Source: Lytechinus pictus (lineage: Eukaryota). From it: a stretch of DNA of 64,000 bases. The stretch spans positions 23,066,001 through 23,130,000 of the forward strand of contig NC_087250.1 of assembly GCF_037042905.1 (NCBI RefSeq), written 5' to 3'. This document shows positions 40,535 through 53,594 of the stretch, piece by piece (within the stretch, counting starts at the first letter, position 1; every line of letters starts with the position of its first letter). The notes beneath the pieces were generated by a model. It had not been told where the DNA came from. It saw only the letters and a program-made list of their open reading frames with translations, and did not search any database. The translations under genes were made by a program, and so were the position numbers.

Positions 40535-42225
40535 TTAAAGGACAAGTCCATCCCAACAAAAAATTGGTTTGAATAAATAGAGAAAAATCCAACAAGCAAA
40601 ACACTGAAAATTTCATCAAAATTGGATGTAAAATAAGAAAGTTATGAAATTCTTAAGTTTCGCTTAATTTCCCCAAACAGTTATATGCACATCCTGGTTG
40701 ATATGCAAATGACGGGACTGATGACGTCACCCACTCACTATTTCTTTTGTATTTTATTATATGAAATATGAAATATTCTGATTTTTTCCCCCTTGTCATG
40801 TGAAATCGAGTTTTGTTTCTTCCTGAACATGTGGAATGAACATTGTTTAACATTATGTGGTTCAGTAAAGTTGGTCCTAAATGTCAAATTTGTAAAAATT
40901 GAAATATTGTATAATTCAAACAGTAAAAATCAAAAGAAATAGTGAGTGATGGACATCATCGACTCTCTCATTTGCATGTTACTGAGTTGTGCATATAACT
41001 GTTTTGTGAAAAATAAGCGAAACTTTAAAATGTCATAACTTTCTTATTTTACATCCGATTTTGATCAAATTTTCAGCATTATGCTTGTTTGATTTTTCTC
41101 TATTGATTAAAAGCAACATTTTGTTGCGTGTATGTTTGTTTTATACACTCCTCCCCTTGTAACTGAGTTGCCCCGAATGCTATATTTGATCTAATTTCTA
41201 GATAAATTATTCTAGATAATTCCCGACCTCGCACATAGCACATTTGATATGACGTCAGAGTGCGGGATAGTGCATTTTGGATGCCATAATGGAATTCGCT
41301 GAATATCATGTGATCCGATTTGGACCAATCAGATTACAGAACATTCTTGGGAGATGTTAAGATTGACGCATTGTCGAGTAAAAGTTGCATGAAAACATGC
41401 TTTATTTTCACTTAAAAGCGGCAGACAATGGGCTACCGGTAAAAGCGCTGAATGTGATTTTATGGTTGGCTTGAGTATTATGTTTGAATTTTTGTAAGAC
41501 TCGTAAAAAAAATGCTTGAAAGTGTGAGATGAGGCAGGGGCGGTGGATTGATGAAGGAGGGGGGGGGGTGACCCACTTAAAGAAAAACAAGAAAATGGCT
41601 TCAGTCTCCCTTTCAACTGTAAAAAAAAGTGATGTACCCCTTTTCTGTTGCGCCCCGCCCCTGCAAACATATTCTGCCGTCTCTTTGAAATTTAGCACGA
41701 ATAAAACGACTGACAGAAGTTTGAGATAAAACTTATCAAAATGATTAGCAGTGTAGCATTGAATTCTAATCATAGCTATAGACTCCAGTCCGCAACAATG
41801 AAGGGATGTTCTTCCCCGGCCCGAACAGCATTCACCATTAGCCGATTGTCTCCTGTTTTTAATCAAACGAACGTCCCGTTTTCACACGATCCATCAAATA
41901 GGTAGATTTCAAGCATGTTTTCATGCAGCTTTTACTCGACCATGCGTCATTCATATTTTATGCATAAGGTCTCATATGTAAGAGGAAAAGATGGATTGTT
42001 TTTGTTTTCCGAATAGCCAGTAAAAGCCAGCAATAATCACTCAAAATCATAATTTGCTCATGCAAATGAAAATTTGGTACCACCACTTTTCATTGTTGTA
42101 ACTCAGCCACGCGTGTATTATGAACGTTGAGATGTGTCTCAATTGAAAAAAGAGATGTATATCTTTCATTGATGTACATTTAATGAAGAAAACTTATCAA
42201 TTATTACGGTAAAAAGTATTACGGT

Positions 42226-42565
42226 GGAAGCGCCGTGGTGTAGCGGGTCTGACTCCCGCATTGTAATTAGAGGGTCGTGTGTTCGAATCCCACCATGGCC
42301 TAGCGTCCTTTAGCCAGGCGTCAATCCACACTTTGCCACTCTCACCCAGGTGTTAAATGGGTACCCGGTAGGATATGAAAGCCTATATGTAGTATTCCTA
42401 GCGATGGAGTCTTGGAACTCTTGTTGGAATGCTCCCCAGTGAGTGGAGAACTGTGCATACATTGTATGCGGGCATGCAAAGATCCGATGACCGGGGTAAT
42501 AATATATCTGTAAAGCGCTTAGAGACATTGTTCCGATGTGTTATATCAATACGGAATATTATTAT
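42226..42565 (+). mobile_element. tRNA-derived SINE
   Basis: gccgtggtgtagcgg...gttcgaatccc head; core atccacactttgccactctc.acccaggtg; related to the 46427 copy. Confidence 0.8.
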
Positions 42566-43015
42566 TTAAAAAGATACACTGAATTCATGTTTCCTTTTTC
42601 TGGACACACTGTATATTCTTTAAGAGTCTACACAGTGCTTCCCCTTTTCTAAACGAAACTTCCTGGAATTTACTCTCAAAGTTCTTGGATTTTTACAAAA
42701 TATCCGGAATTTTACAAAATTAATGTTCTCCAGTCTTCCATAAGTTATAATTCTGTTCTGTACACACACACAAAAAAATGAAATATAGGGCCCAGTGCCG
42801 TAATTGAGCCAAAAATTTTGAGGGGGCGAAACATGACGTAACGGGCAAAGTTTAGAGAGTTGCGAGCGAGCAAACATGTTGATATATTAATTAAAGAGAT
42901 CCAATTTCGTGATAGATTTTGACATATTAATTCAGAAAATAGTATTTTTTTCCGAAAATGATAACTTCCTGGATTCCAGGGAGAGTGTATTGCATCTATG
43001 TCTTGTCAGGGATGT

Positions 43016-43162
43016 AGGAGTAGTGCAGCAGCATTACTCCTTCTAAAATTGTTTGGTTGTTCCTCCTGTCCGATCCGACCTAGTCAGAACGAACAGGAGT
43101 CGCTGATCTTAGCCCGAAGGCTGAGCGGCTGGCCTGGCTTTGGCTTGGATAAGAATGTTGAT
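43016..43162 (-). ncRNA. Candidate Sm-class snRNA-like gene B (U2-like 5' segment)
   Basis: CUCCUGUUCG-U-UCUGAC UAG GUCGGA-U-CGGACAGGAG hairpin, AAUUUUAG, 3' hairpin AGGAGUAAUGC UGCU GCACUACUCCU; AATCGATT at 43383-43390. 5' end approximate. Confidence 0.72.
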
Positions 43163-44271
43163 AGAAACACTTAATATTCATTAAAAATTTACTTTTAAAA
43201 AGTAGTTATTTTATTTGTGAACATGAGATTTGGAGTGTGACAGTTGTTTTGTCTTCACTTTAACATACTTCATATTTATGTGTATATTTAAAAAATTCAA
43301 ATGACATTAAAATGTTACGATGTCTTAATGAAATTGTATGAATATACTCATATTGTATTGTTTGCTTGCTCTGCTAATCAATAATCGATTCCTGAGTAAT
43401 GAGCAATCGATTATTTCTCCAGAATGAGTCATTTGGCCTTTGCGCTGACCCTACTAGACACATGAAAAAGTCCCGGATTCGATCCCCGGCCACGACACTT
43501 ATATCAATCAGTGAGCAAGGCATTTAATCAACAATGTTCTTTGGTCTGTATTCAAATGCTATACTCATTCTTGATACCTTAGCTACACATATTTATGATA
43601 TTTTAGTTACACAGATTTCCTACATTTTAAAATTATTTTGTATCACGTCTCAATGATAAATATAATTTTGTTCATATTAATTTTTTTAAATAAATATAAT
43701 AGAAAAAACTCTTGTTAGATAATTTTAGTGCTGACGTTACAAAAATGTGTGTTTCCTGTGCATGTCAGCATTCTTTTGTACAATATTTCGGTAAGAGTGT
43801 GATGAAATGATGCTGAAATCGGATAGTGCAATGATACATTGATTTAAATGGGGCTTTCAGGCTAATTATGCATTCATGAAGTAAGATCTGAAGCCCAAGA
43901 AAACAAATCTGTGAGAACACTAAAATACTGCAATAGATATCAGGTCAAGCATTGTCCGCACCCGGACTTAGATTTGGTTTGGACGGGGGTGTGCGGGGTG
44001 GTTCAAAACCCATACCCATATTTACGGGTCATTTTGGCTGAAAAGGTACCCATTATTAAAATTTGACAAAAAGAAAGGTTATCACCCAAAATTGAAGGAG
44101 AATATGGATCCATGTTTAAGGCCAGTATCTAAAAATTGGGGCCATGGACCCATGTTTAAGGCCAGTATCTAAGAAGTGGGGCCATGTTTAGGGATTTTCC
44201 AGCATAAAACCATATAATAACCCATGTATAGGGATTTCTTCCAAAAAAAGCGACCCATTCCAGTGGCACAT

Positions 44272-44485
44272 TAGTCCAGATTGGACCTTGTTGTTTGGAA
44301 GTGCCCTTTCCCAAAGCTAACATAGAGGGCACATGACTCCCGATCTCTAATCAGCGCCAATCCACTCATCTTCCTTGGGGAGGGAAGATGAGTGGATTGG
44401 CGCTGATTAGAGATTGGGAGTCATGTGCCCTCTATGTTAGCTTTGGGAAAGGGCACTTCCAAACAACAAGGTCCAATCTGGACTA
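44272..44485. mobile_element. Palindromic MITE, TAG...CTA termini, 9-bp TSD (Academ-like or MULE-like)
   Basis: Near-perfect ~100-bp inverted arms; GTGGCACAT duplicated at 44263-44271 and 44486-44494. Confidence 0.8.
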
Positions 44486-46164
44486 GTGGCACATCCACGT
44501 ATGCCTTATTTCGTGAGTACCCCCCCCCCCCCCGGGTGTCCGCAGGCACTTGTAATGCAAAGTAGAAACAACAAAACTATAGTAAATTATTGCGTGATAC
44601 AACTGGTTACGTAATAGGTACTTATGTAAAAATTGTATTCGCATAGAGATTCAGATGTTGGTGTATATAATCATTTTTAAAGGTAAATGACAGTTGTTGC
44701 AGCAAATAATTATTTCATAAGAAAGTATTTTAAATCTAGGTTAATTATTGTCAAAATACTATCCAACATCTCGATCTGGTACATTAATGTAAACTTATCT
44801 TTGTAAAATCATGAAATCTTATCTCAAAATCGATAATTCTGATGATCTGATGAGGTGCCGTGGCCGAGTGGTCTAAGGCGCCTGGCTATACAAGTCCGGG
44901 GTTCAATCCCCGGCCGCGCCACCTATGCTGTGAGAAGGCTTTTCATCTACAATGCTCTTTTATCCTGCTTTCAAATAAATGGAAATGCTATGTGCATTAT
45001 CGGTAACTTGGTCTGCACTTGTTGAAAAAAAATCACTAACACAGAAAAGCATATGTGGGACAGTGTATTAATATTGCTTCGAAAAATGTCCGACATTTGA
45101 TGGAATTCCATATTTATTTTGCTAGTTTCTCAACAATTACGCATTTTCTTCCGGAGTCATTTCGCACACATTATTGAGCAAAGTTTCAATACAGTCGTGA
45201 ACCTGCCGACCATCCGTGACCTGGCCCGTGTTTCATCAACATTTTTGTGTAACAAGTTGTCAGATCTGACAACTTTCCTTGATTCTGATTGGCTGAGAGG
45301 CACTGTTACTATGGTAACTGTCGGATAAAACGTCTGACAAGTCCTTTATTGAAACGCTTCCCTGAAATCTATTGTGGTATTGAACATCCTCACATAAATA
45401 GTGTGTCAGCTCATGTGTCGGTGTCGGAAGGATAATTCTTGCCAAAATTCATATTAATGATTATATATAGGGCAATTATCTAACTTTATTTAAACTATTG
45501 TATTATTGCCTGGTGTAATCCAAATACCTCATTTATAAACAGACTTTTTTTATTGCATAAAATGCTGTCCGTATTATTACAAAGTCCTCTTATCTTGCCA
45601 ATTTGAAACCACTTTTTCCTCTTATTATTTCAGATTTTGAATATTTATGATTTAAATCTCTATAATATTGGAATTTCTATGTATCTTTGTTGCAGAAATA
45701 AAATTCCAATTCAAATGAAAAAAATCAATTCGAGTCTGATTTTTCACATTGTAATACAACATCATCCAGCAAATATCATTTTCCCCAAACAGCTCAAAAT
45801 TGTCTATTTTCTTTTAAGGTCCAGAAATATGGAACAATATTGAAAAAATTGTAAGAGAAAAAAAAACTTTGAACTCATTAAAATTTGATAAAAGATTGGA
45901 TTTTCCTGCATGTGTATAAAGTGTGTATGTGTCTGCATTAAGTTTAATTGTAAATTATTCAAAGTAACCACTACTTAAATTTACTGTCTCATTACATTTA
46001 AATGTTTAATATTGTATACACATGACTGTGCACTTGCTGTTTGTAAGGGAATAACCTTTGTAAACAAGTTTGCTTTTGCTATCCCGGCCCATCCACTTTA
46101 TTATAATAAGCTGTCTTGGCACACTTGTGGAATAAAAAAAAAAAAGAAGATTATTCATTCGTTG

Positions 46165-46276
46165 GGAGAAATGCCGAAACACGCCTCCATTCAAAATTAC
46201 GATCGTCTGCGCCTTCTACGACCTAGTCAAAGATGGCGTGGTACTGTAGCTATGAGCCACGCTAACAGCTAAAAAT
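46165..46276 (-). ncRNA. Candidate Sm-class snRNA-like gene C
   Basis: CGCC-A-UCU-U-UGAC UAG GUCG-U-AGA-A-GGCG, Sm AAUUUUGA (46191-46198), 3' hairpin with UUCG tetraloop and G-U pairs; AATCGATT at 46843-46850, pushed out by a SINE. Confidence 0.7.
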
Positions 46277-46426
46277 GAAGTTTTAATCAATTAAACCTGT
46301 TATTCAATAATATAAGATATGTTAACAAGCATAAACTCAATTTGCTGTATTTTTGGTGTAATTAAATACACTGTATTAATGTTGTATCTTTTTAAATAAA
46401 AATATGCAATGACTATTATAAATAGT

Positions 46427-46785
46427 GGAAGAGCCGTGGTGTAGTGGTTCAGACTCTCGCCTTGTAAACAGAGGGTCGTGTGTTCGAATCCCATCGCGGT
46501 CTAGCGTCCTTTGGCAAGGCGTAAATCCACACTTTGCCACTCTCGACCCAGGTGCTAAATGGGTACCCGGTAGGATGCGAAAGATATTGTATGTTTGATT
46601 TTGCCAGCGCCATAATGAGGCTGCGATGAATGCAAGGAATGCTCCCCAGGGAGTGGAAATTGTGCACTTTTCGTGTGGAATTGAATGAATCCAATGACCG
46701 GGGTAATAATATGCTGTTACGCGCTTTGAGCCATTCTGAAAAAAGCGCTCTATAAAACTTGGCTGTTATTATTATTATTATAAAT
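46427..46785 (+). mobile_element. tRNA-derived SINE inserted in the promoter region of snRNA-like gene C
   Basis: A/B boxes (tggtgtagtgg; gttcgaatcc), core shared with 42226, (TTA)n tail. Confidence 0.8.
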
Positions 46786-49493
46786 AATTGATGAATAAAT
46801 CATTAGTTTCAGTCAGTATTCTTATTCAAATATACCTGAAGTAATCGATTCTAGTATATGAAATTTGCCTTTATCTATACGCCGATTAACTCTTTGCACG
46901 CTGTATTACTTTTGGGGAATGACAATGACAATTGTTTCCATGTAATTTTACTTAATTTAGGATTTCCATATTGCACCATTGATACTTATTATTATATCCC
47001 TCTTATGAATATTCATGAGTATTCTAGATAAAAGATTGGTCAATTCTTTCTTTAACTTTTGTTCACAATCATTCGTTTTATTCTCCCATAGTCGTGATAA
47101 GGCGTGATGGTTGTAAAACATATTCGGTAATGTTATGTTAACCAGCTGGCGACTCATGATTTTGCTGTAACAAATGTTTTTATTATTAATTATTTTGTTT
47201 TGTTTTTTCTATCGACTCTAGCCAGCATACCAATTTAAAGAGTACAAATAAATTTCATCAGAAAGGACAATTACAGTATACACACATGTAAAGGAATATG
47301 GGAGCGTTATGCGGGTCGGGAGGGGGCACAAAAGTGAAATTCAGCACTGTTGCCTCTCACACATGCCACTCCCATGACATACATCAAATCAAGAAGATCT
47401 CCTTGATCAAATATATTATTCTCTTACACAAAATATTGCACATTGAAAAGTAGGGATGCAGGGGAAGGCGGTGGGGGGCAAAGAAAAAAATCATCGGCTT
47501 TTATGAAAATTCTAAGATGGCCACCACAGTTTTACAAAAACTCTGGTGTTGAGTTAACACCAGCCCGGAATCTATATATGCCCACACAAGAGAAGTGCTA
47601 ACAACACCATTTTCGTTTTGGTCTAACATCAGATACTTGTTTATACAACACCAATTTGATTCCAAAGGGGAGATGTTGCAATACTTCTCTGATGTGGACA
47701 TATAACGATTACGGGCTGGTGTTAAATCAACACCGGAGTTTTGGCAGTGTAACTGGACACTTCAAGCAATACAAAAAAATTTGTTTAAATTTTCTCTGAG
47801 GGTACACGGGAACTCCTTTTGCGACTAGACGAGCTCATAAATATTGGAGAAATAATATTACATTAACATGACTTTGTATAGCGCTTGTTTAGAGTTGTTT
47901 ACACTTAGTTTTAGATGTAAAAAAAATTGATAAACGATATATGGTTTCAATTTTGACTTGTAGATAGTGAATGATGGAGAGCTTGTTATGTAAATTGGCA
48001 AGCTATTCCATAGATTAGGGGAAGTAAGAGCAAATGCGTGATCGACAAGTGTGTCGTTTGCTGTTTGCAATATTATTATTATTGTTAGTATTATTATCCA
48101 TTAATTTCATCATTACTATCATTATAATCCATTATTATTACTATTACCATCATTATTATCATTATAATAATAATAACAATTAATATTATCATTATTATCA
48201 TACTTTTCATGTCCATGCTAATCATGTACATTTGTAAATATTTCCCGATATTCTGAACATTATTGACTCATAAATTTTATACATTGTAAATATTTTTCAT
48301 TATTCTGAACATTTCTGGACACATAATGTGTATGATTGAAATGTTATTGATGATACTAATCCATAATATTAACTGATAATAATTGGTAATATTTCTGATG
48401 TCATCTGGTATTTTTCTTAGTTTCACTCGGTCATAATAAAATTAAATTTAATGAATACAAAGTGAAGTCGATTGCAATTTACAATAGATGATTTGTATTT
48501 AACTTATTATTAATTCAGTTATTTGTCAAATTCTTCTGTGTAGCTTACTTTCCTATCTAATCGTAGACAAGCTCTTGCAGAGTGTCAATCAATAATAAAG
48601 CATTCAATTGAGATTCAAAACAGCTTGGATAATGTCCACAATCAAGTCAAATTACTGCATTATTTTTTTCTTTTCTTTTATTATTCATATTGCAATGAAT
48701 CAATTCAAATGATAATTGCTGATTGATCCATGTTACATTTGTTTCGCCAAATAAATTGTTGCCGGTTTAATTTGTATACTTTTAATTCATATGTTTCTTT
48801 GTATATTCTTATACTGACCTGGATGGAGGTAAAGGGGTGTGGGAAGGAAGACCTGTGGGTCATGGTAATTTAGTTAACCTTTTCCAAACGCAGGCAGCCC
48901 CTTCATCTCTATTCCAGGTCCTTTGTACTATGTCATGTATATCCTATTGTTTATGTAATTTGCATTGTACTGTAATTTATGTTTTTTGAAATGCCGAATG
49001 AATAATAATAATAGTTCTGATTTCTTAATAAAAAAAAAGTGATCGATACCCTTATCACATGTGGAGGTGCCGTTGCCGAGTGGTCTAAGGCGCCTGACTA
49101 TACATGGAAAAGTCCGGGGTTCGATCCCCGGCCACGGCACCTATGCCCGTGAGCAAGGCATTTAATCTACAATGCTCTTTTATCATGCGTTTAAATAAAA
49201 GGAAATGCTATATGCATTATTGGTAACTAGGTGTGCACTTGTTTAAAAAAAAGTCCGGTACAGCTTTGTACAGATTGGACAAAACAGTAATCGATTAATA
49301 CCGAGGGAATATTTTCAAAGTTTTAATCATATTTAAACTTACAAAAACCCCGTTGTAGTTACTAATATATAATTTATTTGATTGCACTCTGAAAATGTAA
49401 TTTAAAAAAATATGTAGGGTAGCAAAAAAAATCAATTTATTACTAACTATAACGATTTTATGCTTTAAATTAAATATTAGCAAATCTTTGAAG

Positions 49494-49575
49494 ATCCCAA
49501 GCAACTGCATTTAGTGCCAATATTGTATATATTGGAAATTTTGGCAGGAGGTATTACCTAGTGTATCTGCCTCCT
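49494..49575 (+). ncRNA. Candidate Sm-class snRNA-like gene G (short type, + strand)
   Basis: CCAAUAU UGUAU AUAUUGG hairpin, Sm AAUUUUGG (49537-49544), 3' hairpin AGGAGGUA...UGCCUCCU; CTAACT at 49443 and AATCGATT at 49289-49296 upstream. Confidence 0.6.
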
Positions 49576-49593
49576 CTACTCAAACCGGTCCAC

Positions 49594-49984
49594 GGTCAAA
49601 TGCCATTTCGTCTAATTTCCTTCTTATCTCGTCTGCTATCGTTTGGTCTTTCATCAATTCGTCCACTTACCACTTGGACTTATAGCCATTTTGTTACTCA
49701 CCATTTCGTCTATTAAACAGTTGGTCCAATAGCCATTTTATCCATAACACAATTGGTCTAATTTGATAAGTGTTAATTGGGCGAAATGAATGAAAAGAAA
49801 ATGGATATTAGATCAACTTGTTCTTAGACGAAATGGCCATAGAAGAACTGGTGATTAGACGAAGTGATTATTGGACCTAATGGTTGTAAGACGAAATGTT
49901 GATGGGCGGAATGGCATTAGACTAAATGAAGGTAGAGCATGTGACGAATGGACGAATTGGTAATAGACGAATCGGCAGTTTACC
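49594..49984. mobile_element. Palindromic MITE (related copy ~38610-38960)
   Basis: ggtcaaatgccatttcgtcta...tagacgaatcggcagtttacc with internal ttcgtcta/tagacgaa subrepeats. Confidence 0.6.
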
Positions 49985-50429
49985 AACACATCTACATCAG
50001 AAAATTTAGATGATTGAAAAGTACTTAGTAGAACCTCGGTCATATTTGCTATACGGCAGCCGTACGGCGAGTCGAAAAAAAACGTGTTAACATTTTCTAT
50101 ACCAGCTACATGTAGGTACGAATATGAAAATGAATAAAACGGCCGCCGTAGAGCAAATGTGACTGGGGTATAAGCTATGCACCATTGCGCCATGGAAGTG
50201 GGAGGTCTAAACTTCCTACATCCCTGATTGTACTGAGTGATGTTATAAACAATTAAGGCCCATATTCTCAAAAGATACTTCAATAATTGTATACCATGAT
50301 GGTATCAAACCATGGACTATGTACAACGGTTATTTTATCTCGTGCTCAAAGGTAAATCAAATTAAATGCGCACTTTCTGCAAAATGAGCTTAAAATGGAG
50401 CGTCTTAATGAATTACATTACAAATAATG

Positions 50430-51215
50430 AAAAAAATTATGAGTGCAATGGACAGAATACTTCATGAGATGAAAGATGAAATGATCCATTAAACGCGGCG
50501 TACCCGAGTTGAATGGATCTTACACGTCATCTTTCACCGAACGAAGTATTCTGTCCATTGCACGAATGATAAGAACATTCATTATTTGGTTTATTATGAC
50601 ACCTAAAATAATATTATTTTTCATATGAAAATTTATGAATTTCGATGCAAATTATGCTCACAGAGTGCGAGCTCGGTCTGTTGATTATTATACAAAATAT
50701 GTCTATGAGGGCAATGGACAGAATATTTCATGAGGTGAAAGATAAAATGATCCATTCAACGAGGCGTAGCAGAGTTGAATGGTCATTCTTTTCATCTTTC
50801 ACCGAACGAAGTATGCTGTCCATTGCACCAATGATAAGAACATTCATTGTTTGGTTTATATGACACCTAAAATAATATTATTTTTCATATGAAAATTTAT
50901 GAATTTCGATGCAAATTATGCTCACGGAGTGCGAGCTCGGTCTGTTGATTATTATACAAAATATGTCTATGCGGGCAATGGACGGAATATTTCATGAGGT
51001 GAAAGATAAAATGATCCATTCAAAGAGGCATAGCAGAGTTAAATGGTCATTCATTTCATCTTTCACCGAATAAATATTCTGTCCATAGCACGAATGATAA
51101 GAACATTCATTATTTAGGTTTATCATGACACCTGAAAATATATTATTTTTCATATGAAAAGTTATGAATTCGATGCAAATTATGTTCACGGAGTGCGAGC
51201 TAGGTCTGTTGATTG
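50430..51215. repeat. Three tandem ~265-bp units, each with an internal long inverted repeat
   Basis: gcaatggac.gaata recurs at ~50446, ~50711 and ~50976. Confidence 0.85.
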
Positions 51216-52144
51216 TCGTGTACATACAACATACGCGCTGCCAACACGCATAGACTAATACACACAATTTCTTGCATCATGATACAATGCGCTTTTGGTG
51301 TTACCCCGGATTTAGATCGAGCTACCATCACCGGCGCTCAGTGCATGAAAGGAATTAATCCTGCCGGGTACCCATTTACCTCACCTGGGGCCCGTTTCAT
51401 AAAGCTGTTCGTAAGTTAAGAGCGACTTTAAGAACGGCTGGTGATCCTTTCTTGTGGTAAACGATGTTCACCATTAATAATTATTTAGCTCGTAAGAAAG
51501 GATCACCAGTCGTTCTTAAAGTTGCTCTTAACTTACGAGCAGCTTTATGAAACACCCATCTGGGTTGAGTGCAGCACAATGTGGATAAATTTCTTGCTGA
51601 AAGAAAACACGCCATGGTTAAGATTCGTACCCACGACCTCTGTTTGAAAGGCGAGTGTCAAAGTTATTATTCTCATCATCATCAATTTTATTATTATTAA
51701 CATTATTATTAATATCATTATCATTGTTATTATTATCAATATTATTATTGTAAATGTTATTATTATCACTACTGTTGCTGTTTTTATCATTATTAAGATC
51801 AATATTATTATCATACTTTCATGTCCATGCGAATTATGTCCCAGTAATGTGTGGAGACTACACATTACTTTCTGATGTGATCGATACCATTATTACAATC
51901 ATGTCCGATACAGGTTTGTACAGATTTGATGAACAATAATCGATTCATACCCTGAGAGTATTTTCAAACTCAAAATCATAATTAAACTTAAAAAAACGAC
52001 TATGTAGTTGTCAATTATGTTTAAAATTATTTATTTTATTGCACTATGGAAATGAAATAAACTAAAACAATATCAATGATAGCAAAAGAAGTTTTAAGTT
52101 GATACTAACTATGACAGTTTTTGCTTTAAAACAATTATGAACAG

Positions 52145-52228
52145 ATCTTCACCTCTCTATTTACCACTCTAGGCGACACGCCTATTATTTATTTTGGCAG
52201 GAGGTAGCACTTCTGAAAAGCTACCCCC
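52145..52228 (+). ncRNA. Candidate Sm-class snRNA-like gene H (short type, + strand)
   Basis: UAGGCG ACA CGCCUA hairpin, Sm-like AUUUUGG (52191-52197), 3' hairpin GGAGGUAGC...GCUACCCCC; CTAACT at 52105, AATCGATT at 51938-51945. Confidence 0.55.
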
Positions 52229-53594
52229 AAATGTTCCAACTCTTCATCAGGAAATCTGGAGGAAGCAAAGTAATATCTCAGTATCATTTGCCCTACGACA
52301 GCTGTACGCCGGGTCGAAAAGTCGTTATAACATTTCTTATCAGCTACATGTAGTAACAAAGAAACCGCGTAGCAAGGATTTCAATTTAGAGGGCGGTAAA
52401 TGCACGCGAAGCAGGGAGTGCAGGGAGGGGGAGTTTCCTCCTCCAGCGCAAAGCTTTCGGTGTTTCATAAATTAAAATGAAAGAGAGCCGCCTTTCTTGT
52501 CTCTAGTACTTATATCAGCTCCAATTCAGTTGACTTTGTTGTGATTTTGAACCTTGCTTTCAAAAGTGATTGTGAACGCACAAAAAAAGGGATAAAATGG
52601 AGGAAATTAAAACAAATTATTACCCCGCGAGAAGCGCGGAAGCTTAAGCTTTTTATCAAGCTTTTTTCCAAAGAAAATGGTCCCGAGGTAAGGGTATTCT
52701 CTAAGTTATATTGAATGCTTCCCTTGGAAAGATCAGATTTGATTACAAACAATTTAGCGACAGTGCATATCTTTAACTCGCAAAACAAAGGAGAAGAAGG
52801 GTATATGCCGGTAAGAACATTTTCCTCCCTGCGCAGAACAATGAAACTCTGAAATTTCAAAGGGCGGACGATTCATCAAATGCAGATATCTCTGATACCC
52901 CCATCGGCTCGAATTCAATTGGATTTTCTAAGATTATTGAACTTCATTACAAGGAAAATAGTGCGCAAAAAGTTGAAACTTCTGTGATTTGTTGAAATCA
53001 TATAAAAAAGCCTGATGTATAATTTCCTTGACTTATCATTAAGCGCTTCATTTTGAATGATAAAGAAACTTTAGTGTTATTCAAAATTTCAAACTGAGGG
53101 CGTAAAATAGGACAGGAGATGAATGTGAAGGGAAATGACATGAAGTTTGATAGAATTTGATAAAAAAATATTATACTTTTTTTTATTAAATACGACACGA
53201 ATTTTATACCATCCTCTTTGTAAATTAGGAACCTGTTTGCCCCCAAATTATGGTTGTTTAGTAATAAGCCTTCCCAATGCCTGAAACCAAGTGAACTTTT
53301 CTTTCTTACCGATGAATCAAAATGCTCTTTTGCCGATTTAACTCTACGTCATAATAGTTGCCTGGACTTTACTCATTACGTCACAATATCTTCTAAAAAT
53401 GCACCTGTCGCGTTATGTTGTTGCGGATTGTATTTATTGTGCGTTGGTATCATCACCAAATGATGCAACCTGTTTTGGATAATAAAATCATCCCTGAAGA
53501 AGGTCTATGACCGAAAATTCGGAAGATTATGTCTCCTCACGGCGTTTCTATTACGTCTTCTTTTGTTTATATATATATATATATACATATTGTG

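Noticed and set aside
47858..49010. Short ORF with NLWNSLP and the hairpin at ~48815-48920 as a gene or ncRNA
   Set aside because: Look like decayed 3' ends of CR1/L2-type LINEs (WNxLP motif, 3'-UTR stem-loop, (AAT)n tail); boundaries too uncertain to annotate.
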